Shown in pieces: positions 8,824 through 17,199 of a DNA stretch of 44,475 nt (position 1 is the stretch's first letter; every line of letters begins with the position of its first letter). The notes beneath the pieces were generated by a model, which saw only the letters and a program-made list of their open reading frames with translations, was not told where the DNA came from and ran no database searches. The stretch covers positions 1 to 44,475 of the forward strand of contig CBFIBY010000004.1 in assembly GCA_965660955.1 (NCBI GenBank). The letters are read 5' to 3'. Position numbers and translations under genes: made by a program. Origin of the DNA: Crocinitomicaceae bacterium (lineage in GTDB: Bacteria > Bacteroidota > Bacteroidia > Flavobacteriales_D > Crocinitomicaceae).

Positions 8824-9844
8824 ATTTGAATTGAATGAGTGAGAAAAAAACGACTAATAAGCTTAATGCCAAAGCCCAATTTAAAAAAGGTGATGGATCT
8901 GATGGCGCCTCATTTTGATATACTTGATCCAAGAAACGTGCCTGTTCCATAGCTTCGATTTGACCATAAATATCCGCAAGAGCCTTTTCATCGGTAGCGC
9001 GAAAGTATTTCCCATCCGTTTTTTTGGCAATCGTTTTTAATGTTTTTTCGTCAATTTCGACTTTTTGCATTTCCCATGTTAAACCAAAGGCATTTACCAC
9101 GGGCGAAAGTGCTTCTCCCATGGTTCCAATTCCAATTGTATAGACACGAATATTTTTTGCTTTTGCCAATTCAGCCGCTTTTTCAGGAGTTATTTCACCT
9201 GAATTATTGGTTCCATCAGTCAGCAGAATAATCACTTTTCCAGCTTCACTTTCAGCTCGTAGTCGATTTACAGAGGTTCCTAACCCGACACCAATTGCTG
9301 TTCCGCCATCAATAAATTCTCCTGAAGTTTGTGCTATTTGATTCAACAAAACTTTGTAATCCAAGGTAGGAGGACAAGAAGTATACGCTTCACCTGCGTA
9401 CACCACCAACCCAATTCTATCTCCTCTTCGACCTTGTACAAACTCCATTGCGACACGTTTCGCCGCTTCCAAACGATTGGGTTCAAAATCTCTAGCGTAC
9501 ATCGATAAGGAAACATCCATTGCCACAACAATGTCAATTCCGTTCTTGTAATTTTCTTGTCGACCTTCGGGACTATCCCAAGAGAAAGGTCGAGCCATTG
9601 CAGTAACCAGAAGTGCAAAAATGAAAAGCTTCGCAATTAAAGCGATACGTTTAAAAGACTTTACCCATGTCAGAGCCGATGCTTTTTGCTTTTCCGAAAT
9701 ATGAGAAACTTTCGCAATAACATTTAGCTGTTTCTCTTTTTTTAATAAAAAGTAAGCGATCAAAGGCAATAGCAGTAAGAGCAAAAACCAATAGGGTTGT
9801 GTAAAGGAATAGGAAAGGGGCCATATGTTCCAGTTGGTTAACAT
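8810..9844 (-). CDS. batA: VWA-domain membrane protein BatA
   Basis: ATG 9844 overlaps the upstream stop (TAATG). It has two N-terminal TMs, the MIDAS motif DVSLSM, the blocks GLVVYAGEAY and IILLTDGTNN, and a C-terminal TM. Confidence 0.8.
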   Translation of the reverse strand: MLTNWNIWPLSYSFTQPYWFLLLLLLPLIAYFLLKKEKQLNVIAKVSHISEKQKASALTWVKSFKRIALIAKLFIFALLVTAMARPFSWDSPEGRQENYKNGIDIVVAMDVSLSMYARDFEPNRLEAAKRVAMEFVQGRRGDRIGLVVYAGEAYTSCPPTLDYKVLLNQIAQTSGEFIDGGTAIGVGLGTSVNRLRAESEAGKVIILLTDGTNNSGEITPEKAAELAKAKNIRVYTIGIGTMGEALSPVVNAFGLTWEMQKVEIDEKTLKTIAKKTDGKYFRATDEKALADIYGQIEAMEQARFLDQVYQNEAPSDPSPFLNWALALSLLVVFFSLIQFKYAGE

Positions 9845-10785
9845 TAGCGGACGTTGAAATCTTCGATGAATTTTTTCGTTTCTTGATATACGGACCAAAT
9901 ACCTTCTCTTTCTAAAGACGATTGAGCAAATTTCACCATATCTGAAACATTGAGGATTAATCCAAGCGGTTTCAATTGGTTTTCATGCACACCTTTTTTG
10001 CGCAAAATTAATTGCGTTTCAAGGCTCGTTTTTTCCATGAAGGATTGCTTCGTTTCTTTACTCAAATAGCGACGGGCAATGAAAGATATCTCAGTGAAAT
10101 GAGTTTTGAGTTCTTCCTTTTCCCACAACTCCTTCTTCATCAATTCATCCAATTGGGCGATAGCTGAGGTTTTAAAATCAACAGGTTCGGGAAAGAATTC
10201 TTCTTCTTTCGAGCGTTTTTTGTAGATGAAAAAATAAAACAAGAGACCCAAAATTATTAGAACCAAAACAAGCAATCCCCACCAAACAAATTGCTTCATG
10301 TTTTCGTAAAACGGACTCGGTAGCTCTGTGTAACTCTCTTCAATGTCATAAAAATCGACATCCTTTTTCTTGGTCATCAGAGAAAGTGAAATCATTTTGG
10401 GAGAACTCATGACCTTTTCGCCATTGAGCTTAAACTCCTGTGGCGGAATGATGAAATATCCCTCTTCAAAACCAATTACATCATAAGACGAAGTCCAATA
10501 AATTTTTCCTTGTATTTTTTCTATTCTTGAATCCAAATTCGAGATTATATCGAAGTAGCTGGAGTCTTTTTGATCGGATTTATTATTGACTTTAAAAACG
10601 AGCAGGCTATCGAAACTTGGGTATATTTTTTTTTCGTCGGATGGCTTAACTTCCAATTCAAATTTTACGGCGAAGGGTTCACCTACTAACACCTTTTCCT
10701 TGGCAACAATCGTTTTCATTTCTTGCGCCAAAGACGAAAAATGACTTATAATTACAAGAAAAAACAAAACGACTCTTTTCATCAT
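9844..10785 (-). CDS. Bat-operon membrane protein of unknown function (BatD-N-like ectodomain + TM + DUF4381-like cytoplasmic tail)
   Basis: 313 aa. It has a signal peptide (MMKRVVLFFLVIISHFSSLAQ) and a VLVGEPFAVKFELEV block resembling the BatD N-terminus. A central TM (FVWWGLLVLVLIILGLLFYFFIY) is present. ATGA overlaps the DUF58 gene. The domain names are my inference. Confidence 0.6.
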   Translation of the reverse strand: MMKRVVLFFLVIISHFSSLAQEMKTIVAKEKVLVGEPFAVKFELEVKPSDEKKIYPSFDSLLVFKVNNKSDQKDSSYFDIISNLDSRIEKIQGKIYWTSSYDVIGFEEGYFIIPPQEFKLNGEKVMSSPKMISLSLMTKKKDVDFYDIEESYTELPSPFYENMKQFVWWGLLVLVLIILGLLFYFFIYKKRSKEEEFFPEPVDFKTSAIAQLDELMKKELWEKEELKTHFTEISFIARRYLSKETKQSFMEKTSLETQLILRKKGVHENQLKPLGLILNVSDMVKFAQSSLEREGIWSVYQETKKFIEDFNVR

Positions 10786-11654
10786 GAACGTCTTCTATGA
10801 AATAATTCAACTAAAGCTCTGTAATAGTCGTCCGTAGTGTTGATTTCTATCGAATCGATGCCTCTTTTTCGCAAATTCTTTGTGAAATTTTCGGAATTTT
10901 CTTCGTACTCTTTGGCCATTTCCTCTTTGAATGCAGAACTCGACGTATTGTACCATTGCCATTCACCTGTTTCTTTATCTTGTAGCGGAATGATTCCCAA
11001 ATCGGGTAGGTTCTGTTCAAGCGCATCGCTAATTTTTATGGCAACAACATCATGCCGTTTTCTTGTGTGGGCAAGCGCTTGCATATAATCATTGTCGTCT
11101 AGAAAATCACTAATGACAAATACAATTGAGTGTTTTTTCTCTGTATTTCGAATGAATTTCAATCCCTCAACAAGATTGGTTTTTTTGTGTACCCGATCTT
11201 GTTCTGAAAGTTCTCTCAAAAGAATTAAAGCGTGCCGTCTACCTTTTTTAGGTGGAACATATTTTTCGACTTTATCACTACAAAAAACACTTCCAATTTT
11301 ATCGTTATTGGCAATTGCAGAGAAGGAGAGGACAGCGGCCAATTCCAAAGCCAAATCCAACTTGCTTTTTTCGTGCGTACCGTAATCCTGTGAACTAGAA
11401 ACATCAATTAAAAGAAGTACGTTAATCTCTCGCTCCTCCTCAAAAACTTTAACAAAAGGTTCATTGAATCTTGCGGTGACATTCCAGTCTATCGTCCGGA
11501 TTTCATCCCCCGTTTGGTATTCGCGAACTTCCGAAAATGTCATTCCACGACCTTTGAAAGCGGAATGGTACTCTCCCGAAAAAACTTGTTTTGTCAAGTT
11601 TTTCGTCTTTATTTCGAGGAGTTTTATTTTCTCAAGTATCGCTTTGGCGTCCAT
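10782..11654 (-). CDS. DUF58 (VWA-like) protein, MoxR partner
   Basis: 290 aa. The blocks GEYHSAFKGRGMTFSEVREYQTGDEIRTIDWNVTAR and LLIDVSSS are the classic DUF58 signature. It lies directly downstream of the MoxR ATPase. Confidence 0.85.
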   Translation of the reverse strand: MDAKAILEKIKLLEIKTKNLTKQVFSGEYHSAFKGRGMTFSEVREYQTGDEIRTIDWNVTARFNEPFVKVFEEEREINVLLLIDVSSSQDYGTHEKSKLDLALELAAVLSFSAIANNDKIGSVFCSDKVEKYVPPKKGRRHALILLRELSEQDRVHKKTNLVEGLKFIRNTEKKHSIVFVISDFLDDNDYMQALAHTRKRHDVVAIKISDALEQNLPDLGIIPLQDKETGEWQWYNTSSSAFKEEMAKEYEENSENFTKNLRKRGIDSIEINTTDDYYRALVELFHRRRS

Positions 11655-11665
11655 GAAAAATAGAT

Positions 11666-12688
11666 TTATGGAACTTGAATTCGTCCGATGATTTTGGCAA
11701 GAATATCGGTTGCCGTCATGTTTTCCGCTTCCGCTTCGTAACTCAAACCCATTCGGTGACGAATCACTTCTGGGGCAACCGCTCGAACATCTTCAGGAAT
11801 CACGAATGCTCTATTTTGAAGGAAGGCATAAGCTTTTGCCGTTAAAGCTAAATTAATACTTGCTCGCGGTGAACAACCAAACGAAATAAGTGGGTCAAGG
11901 AATCCTAGTCCATATTTTTCAGGCGTTCGTGTCGCAAAAACGATATCGATAATATATTGTTCTATTTTTTCGTCGAGATATACTTCTTTCACCAATTCAC
12001 GGTGACGAAGGATGTCTTCTTTGCTTAATATTTGACCAATTGTAGGCATCCCTTCTGGGCGAACATTGAAACGTAAAATCTGTTTTTCTTCCTCTTTAGT
12101 CGGGTAACCGAGTACCACTTTCATCATGAAACGATCGACTTGGGCTTCTGGCAAAGGGTATGTTCCTTCTTGGTCGATTGGATTCATTGTAGCCAAAACA
12201 AGAAATGGTTCTTCTAACTTGAAGCTTTCGTCGCCAATGGTTATTTGACGTTCCTGCATGGCTTCTAATAGAGCACTTTGCACTTTCGCGGGCGCACGAT
12301 TGATTTCATCTGCAAGTATGAAATTGGCGAAAACAGGGCCTTTTCGAACGGTAAATCCACCTGATTTTTGATCGTACAATTGAGTTCCTGTAATGTCGGC
12401 TGGAAGTAAATCGGGCGTAAATTGAATTCGGTTATACGATACATCAATGGCATCAGAAAGCGTTTTGATTGCTAGTGTTTTGGCTAATCCTGGAACTCCT
12501 TCCAATAAAAGGTGTCCATTACAGAGCAAAGCGATGAGCAGTCGATCTATCATGTGTTCTTGACCGACAATAACTTTACCAATTTCTCGCTTGAGTAACT
12601 GGATTTTTTCGTTTTCCGTTTTTACTTTTTTACCTAAAATTTGCAGCGCTGAAGCAGGCTGAATATCATTGTTTTCGTTTTCTATCAT
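11666..12688 (-). CDS. MoxR-family AAA+ ATPase
   Basis: Walker A is GVPGLAKT and Walker B is ILADEINR. The blocks LLEAMQERQITIG and ATMNPIDQEGTYPLPEAQVDRF are present. ATG at 12688 (MIENENN) is preferred over the TTG at 12697 used by the ORF track. Confidence 0.92.
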   Translation of the reverse strand: MIENENNDIQPASALQILGKKVKTENEKIQLLKREIGKVIVGQEHMIDRLLIALLCNGHLLLEGVPGLAKTLAIKTLSDAIDVSYNRIQFTPDLLPADITGTQLYDQKSGGFTVRKGPVFANFILADEINRAPAKVQSALLEAMQERQITIGDESFKLEEPFLVLATMNPIDQEGTYPLPEAQVDRFMMKVVLGYPTKEEEKQILRFNVRPEGMPTIGQILSKEDILRHRELVKEVYLDEKIEQYIIDIVFATRTPEKYGLGFLDPLISFGCSPRASINLALTAKAYAFLQNRAFVIPEDVRAVAPEVIRHRMGLSYEAEAENMTATDILAKIIGRIQVP

Positions 12689-12759
12689 TTTGTGCAAGAT
12701 GAACTAACAAATTTGGTAAAGAATTGAGTGAAGCGGAAGTAAGGGGCGTTAAATATTGT

Positions 12760-12767
12760 TATTTTTG
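12760..12767 (+). promoter_or_regulatory. Candidate Bacteroidota sigma-A -7 box (TATTTTTG)
   Basis: It matches the TAnnTTTG consensus and lies 33 nt upstream of ATG 12801. Confidence 0.3.
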
Positions 12768-12800
12768 ATAGCGAAGAGCCTTGAGCCAAATGCCAAAACT

Positions 12801-13163
12801 ATGGAGGAAAGAACTTGTCTAGAATGCAACGCTACTTTGAAAGGTCGAAAAGATCAAAAGTTTTGCTCGGATTATTGTCGTAACACATTCAACAATCGTC
12901 TTCATGAAGATGCCAATAACTATGTCCGTAGAATCAACAATATTTTACGCAAAAACCGACGAATTTTAGCGAAAATGAATCCGAAGGGGAAAGTGACGGT
13001 TGATGCTATCAGGTTGGCTGAAGAAGGATTCAATTTTCATTACTACACCAATATCTACACCACACAGAAAGGAGCGAAATATTTCTTTTGTTACGACCAA
13101 GGTTACTTGAAATTAGACAATGAACAATACATGCTTGTGGTGAAACAGGATTATGTGAAATAA
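12801..13163 (+). CDS. Small Zn-ribbon protein, function unknown
   Basis: ATG at 12801 gives MEERTCLECNATLKGRKDQKFCSDYCRNTFNN, a CxxC...CxxxC ribbon, followed by a basic helix (RRINNILRKNRRILAK). It is divergent from the MoxR operon. Confidence 0.6.
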   Translation: MEERTCLECNATLKGRKDQKFCSDYCRNTFNNRLHEDANNYVRRINNILRKNRRILAKMNPKGKVTVDAIRLAEEGFNFHYYTNIYTTQKGAKYFFCYDQGYLKLDNEQYMLVVKQDYVK

Positions 13164-13204
13164 TCCAAAGTAAGTTTTGTTACGTATATACGTCAGATGT
13201 CTGT

Positions 13205-13212
13205 TAATTTTG
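13205..13212 (+). promoter_or_regulatory. Candidate -7 box (TAATTTTG)
   Basis: It matches TAnnTTTG and lies 42 nt upstream of the arsM ATG. Confidence 0.3.
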
Positions 13213-13254
13213 TGCGAGCATTGTTGATTCTAAAAATAATACAAAAAGATAAAA

Positions 13255-14307
13255 ATGGATACCCTACACAAAGAAGTTCAAGAATACTACGGCGAAGAGC
13301 TTCAAAACTCAGAAGATTTAAAAACGAACGCTTGTTGCACATTGACAAGACCACCAAAGCATATTCGTGAGGCTTTAAGTCTGGTTGCAGATGAGGTTCA
13401 GGCGAAGTATTACGGTTGTGGATTAACAATCCCGACGCAAGTGAAAGGCCTACGAATTTTGGACTTGGGTTCTGGAAGCGGTCGCGATTGTTATATCGCT
13501 GGAAAGCTTGTTGGAGAATCTGGATATGTGGTAGGTGTCGATATGACGGACCAACAATTGGCTGTTGCGAACGAATATATTGAGTATCACCGTGAGAAAT
13601 TCGGCTATGCCAAGTCGAATGTAGAATTTATCAAAGGAAACATCGAAAAATTGGATGAATTGAATCTGGAACAAGGTTCTTTTGATGTGATTATCTCGAA
13701 TTGTGTCATCAATTTAGCACAAGACAAACAGAAAGTTTTAAACGATGCGTACGCACTTTTGAAACCGGGTGGAGAAATGTATTTTTCTGATGTGTATTCA
13801 GATCGCAGAATTCCTCAAGAATTGCAAGAAGATAAAGTATTATGGGGTGAATGTTTGAGTGGTGCTTTATACTGGAATGATTTTCACAATGCAGCTAAAA
13901 AAGCAGGATTCACGGATCCGCGAGTAGTCGAAAACAAGCCAATTACAGTTGAAAATGAGGAGCTTGAAGAGAAGATAGGAACCTTGAAGTTCTTCTCTGT
14001 AACGTACCGATTATTTAAAATTGACGGATTAGAAAGTGATTGTGAAGACTACGGTCAAGCAGTTGTATACAATGGCGGAATTGAGAATTGTCCGATGGCA
14101 TTTGATTTAGATGATCATCACCATTTCCCGAAGGGCAAAATGATGACGGTTTGCGGAAATACTTATAAAATGTTGCACGACACGCGCTACAAATCCTTTT
14201 TCACCTTTCATGGAGATTGGTCGACACACTACGGAATTTTCGAAGGATGTGGTGGGGCGATGCCTTTTTCATTGAATGAAGGCGGTGACGAGGCAGCTTG
14301 TTGTTAA
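13255..14307 (+). CDS. arsM: Arsenite S-adenosylmethionine methyltransferase (ArsM/AS3MT family)
   Basis: The SAM motif is ILDLGSGSGRDCY. Family blocks are present: DLKTNACC, KYYGCG, ISNCVINL, LKPGGEMYFSDVY and WGECLSGALYW. All four conserved catalytic Cys positions appear to be present. Confidence 0.85.
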   Translation: MDTLHKEVQEYYGEELQNSEDLKTNACCTLTRPPKHIREALSLVADEVQAKYYGCGLTIPTQVKGLRILDLGSGSGRDCYIAGKLVGESGYVVGVDMTDQQLAVANEYIEYHREKFGYAKSNVEFIKGNIEKLDELNLEQGSFDVIISNCVINLAQDKQKVLNDAYALLKPGGEMYFSDVYSDRRIPQELQEDKVLWGECLSGALYWNDFHNAAKKAGFTDPRVVENKPITVENEELEEKIGTLKFFSVTYRLFKIDGLESDCEDYGQAVVYNGGIENCPMAFDLDDHHHFPKGKMMTVCGNTYKMLHDTRYKSFFTFHGDWSTHYGIFEGCGGAMPFSLNEGGDEAACC

Positions 14308-15233
14308 AGACTTAATCCCAATTCTGTACGCATTCCTTCATCGGAATTGTCGTGTTTTTCCCAATATTTTGAACGAATAGATTTCATTTTGACTCCTTTC
14401 GTTTCAAGGCGTTTTGCATCTTCACCCCAACCGTCGATGTAAGATTCTGTCCAACTTTCGATTGAATGTGGGAAATCGGTTGAATAACGAATGTTTAGAT
14501 TTCTGTCCAATTCCGGATAACTCACTTGCACCTCGCTTGATCCGTCTTTGTTCTCAATAGTCTTCACACTGCAAGCATATCCTTTTGCCTCTTTGTGCAA
14601 TAAACGCAAATAAAAGAAAGGAGGAATCATCGTCGTATTACCATTTTGAATCATTTCTGGATTCAATCGAATTTTCGACCACAAGTCATCTTCCAATTCC
14701 ACTTTGTCTAATTCCTTTTTGAAACTTTCCCCTTCGAAGTAGGAAAAATTGTCGAGTTCATACTTTTCTTTGTTTCTTAATTCCATGTAAACGTGTCCAC
14801 ACCATTCTTGAACACTCGTGCTTACTTTTACACTTGTAAAGCCTTCTTCCATAGGAAAGAATGAAGAATTCATCATTGAATAGGGATAGATTCCGGTGTT
14901 GAATCGTTTGGTGAAATTCAGTTTCAAAACAGAAACATTGTCTTTACTGAAGTTGTCCGCTTTGGTATTTGAAGAAGGTGAGAATGGTTCCGTTACGAAC
15001 ACCATAACAGCTTCACCATTGCGCAATTCTCCATATCGGGCTTGAGTCAATTTATAGGAAGTTATTTCGGCTCCACCACCTTTATACCAATAATTTTTTG
15101 CCTCTTCTGAAAGTTTTCGCGCTTTTTTGCGAGCTGAGGGCGTTTTTTCATTATTGTTTTTAGCTGAATTATTTGACGATGCAGAACAAGCAATGAAAGC
15201 CAATAAAAGGGTAGAAAGGAAAATATATTTCAT
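14304..15233 (-). CDS. Lipoprotein of unknown function
   Basis: 309 aa with a lipobox (LLLAFIACSAS). I recognise no motif. The stop overlaps the arsM stop within TTAA. Confidence 0.6.
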   Translation of the reverse strand: MKYIFLSTLLLAFIACSASSNNSAKNNNEKTPSARKKARKLSEEAKNYWYKGGGAEITSYKLTQARYGELRNGEAVMVFVTEPFSPSSNTKADNFSKDNVSVLKLNFTKRFNTGIYPYSMMNSSFFPMEEGFTSVKVSTSVQEWCGHVYMELRNKEKYELDNFSYFEGESFKKELDKVELEDDLWSKIRLNPEMIQNGNTTMIPPFFYLRLLHKEAKGYACSVKTIENKDGSSEVQVSYPELDRNLNIRYSTDFPHSIESWTESYIDGWGEDAKRLETKGVKMKSIRSKYWEKHDNSDEGMRTELGLSL

Positions 15234-15350
15234 GATACTATTTTTTCTATGACGTACTCGAAGTACTTAAACTTACAACTAAGATATTCAATAATTGTTT
15301 AAGCCTGAACTAATTTTACTTATCTTCATAATGTTCAAAATCAAAATAGT

Positions 15351-15893
15351 ATGAAAATTTTAAAGAAAATAGTAATCGTCTTTGGGGTGCTTGTTGCAAT
15401 CGTTTTAATTGCAGGAGCTATCATGAAGAAAGACTTTAAAGTTACACGATCTGTGGAGTTGGATCAACCTGTATCTGAAGTGTACGATTACGTGAAGTTG
15501 CTTGAAAATCAAGACAAATATTCCGTTTGGATGCGCATGGATCCGAAAGTTAAAAAAACATATACTGGAGTGGACGGAACAGTTGGATTTATCAGTGCGT
15601 GGGACAGTAAAGTCGAAAATGTAGGTCAAGGGGAACAAGAAATAGTGAAAATGACCAAAAACGAGCGGATTGATTACGTTATGCGCTTCAAAAAGCCAAT
15701 GGAGTCGGAAGGAAAAGCTTCTATGATTTTTAAAAGCACAGGAGAAGATTGTACAAATCTGGAATGGTGTTTTGAAGGAGATATGAGCTGGCCCATGAAT
15801 GTGATGATGCCGTTATTGGATTTTGAGGGAAATTTAGGACCTCAATTGCAAGAAGGATTGGATAATTTGAAGGTAATATTGGATAAGGAGTAG
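15351..15893 (+). CDS. SRPBCC-superfamily protein with N-terminal TM anchor
   Basis: 180 aa. The N-terminal TM is IVIVFGVLVAIVLIAGAIM. After it, the length and pattern (KDFKVTRSVELDQPVSEVYDYVKLLENQDKYSVW) resemble the polyketide-cyclase/SRPBCC proteins common in Bacteroidota. Confidence 0.6.
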   Translation: MKILKKIVIVFGVLVAIVLIAGAIMKKDFKVTRSVELDQPVSEVYDYVKLLENQDKYSVWMRMDPKVKKTYTGVDGTVGFISAWDSKVENVGQGEQEIVKMTKNERIDYVMRFKKPMESEGKASMIFKSTGEDCTNLEWCFEGDMSWPMNVMMPLLDFEGNLGPQLQEGLDNLKVILDKE

Positions 15894-15894
15894 T

Positions 15895-17196
15895 TTAGCT
15901 GTTTAAGGCTTTTTTGTAGGTCGTCAATACTCTTTCTCTGGCAAATTTATGCTCAACAATCGGTTCGGGATAATCTTCCGTCCCGTATTCTGGCACCCAT
16001 TTTTTGACATAAACCAATTGCTTGTCAAATTTCTCCAATTGAGAAGTCGGATTGAACACGCGAAAATAGGGCGCGGCATCACAACCTGATCCAGAAGCCC
16101 ATTGCCAGCCACCAATATTACTTGCTAGGTCAAAATCGAGTAGTTTTTCGGCAAAGTAGGTTTCGCCCCAGCGCCAATCGATGAGCAAATGTTTGGTCAA
16201 AAAACTAGCGACAACCATTCGAACGCGGTTGTGCATGTAGCCTGTATTATTCAATTCGCGAATTCCTGCATCCACAAGTGGGTACCCTGTTTTCCCTTCG
16301 CACCAAGCTTTGAATTCTTCTTCATTATTTCGCCAAGGAATGGCATCGTATTTTTTTCGAAAAGAAGACGTTGCCGAATGTGGAAAATGAAATAAGATCA
16401 TTTGATAAAAGTCACGCCAAATCAATTCGTTCAAGAAGGTTTCGTTTGTTTGAGCCGCTTTTCTACTTAATTCACGAATGCTTATGGTTCCAAATCGGAG
16501 ATGAACGCCAAGATGACTTGTTCCTCCTTCTTTGGCTGGGAAATTTCGGTTTTCGCTATATTTCGCCATCAACTCTTTTTTATAATCCATTGTTGGAAAT
16601 GGAACCGTTTTCTGATTGTTGAAATTCATCTCAGAAAGCGAAATCAATTTTTCTGGCTCAACTAGAGCAATTGAATTGGTGTATTTTTCATTGGGATAGG
16701 CGGAAAGATAAAATTCATTCATTTTCTCCTTCCACTTCCGACTGTAGGGCGTGAAAACGGTGTAGGGCAAACCATCATTTTTTAAGACCTCATTTTTTTC
16801 GAAAACGACGTGGTCTTTGGCGCCTATGAAGTCAATGTTGTTTACTTTCAGTTTGTCGTAAATGAATTTATCTCGCTGAAGAGCATATGGTTCATAATCA
16901 CGATTTGTGAATACTGCATCCACTTTCATTTCGCTTGCCAGTTGAACAACAATCTCCTTCGGGTTGCCATGATAGACTTTTAGATCGCCTCCAAACTTTT
17001 GATATTCTTTTTTAAGTTTATCAATCGCTTCGTGGATAAAAATTATGCGTTGGTCGTCCCTCGGCAGTTTATCGAGAATTTCAGTGTCGAAAATGAAAAT
17101 CGATTGAACCGAGTCGGATGACTTTTGAGCACGATACAATCCTGCATTGTCATGAAAACGCAAATCGCGACGGTGCCAAAAAATCGCTTTTTTCAT
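15895..17196 (-). CDS. phr: Deoxyribodipyrimidine photolyase / cryptochrome family protein
   Basis: 433 aa. The N-terminus is IFWHRRDLRFHDNAGL. The FAD-binding C-terminal blocks are WRDFY, MHNRVRM and GGWQWASGSGCDAAPYFRVFNP. Confidence 0.9.
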   Translation of the reverse strand: MKKAIFWHRRDLRFHDNAGLYRAQKSSDSVQSIFIFDTEILDKLPRDDQRIIFIHEAIDKLKKEYQKFGGDLKVYHGNPKEIVVQLASEMKVDAVFTNRDYEPYALQRDKFIYDKLKVNNIDFIGAKDHVVFEKNEVLKNDGLPYTVFTPYSRKWKEKMNEFYLSAYPNEKYTNSIALVEPEKLISLSEMNFNNQKTVPFPTMDYKKELMAKYSENRNFPAKEGGTSHLGVHLRFGTISIRELSRKAAQTNETFLNELIWRDFYQMILFHFPHSATSSFRKKYDAIPWRNNEEEFKAWCEGKTGYPLVDAGIRELNNTGYMHNRVRMVVASFLTKHLLIDWRWGETYFAEKLLDFDLASNIGGWQWASGSGCDAAPYFRVFNPTSQLEKFDKQLVYVKKWVPEYGTEDYPEPIVEHKFARERVLTTYKKALNS

Positions 17197-17199
17197 GCC

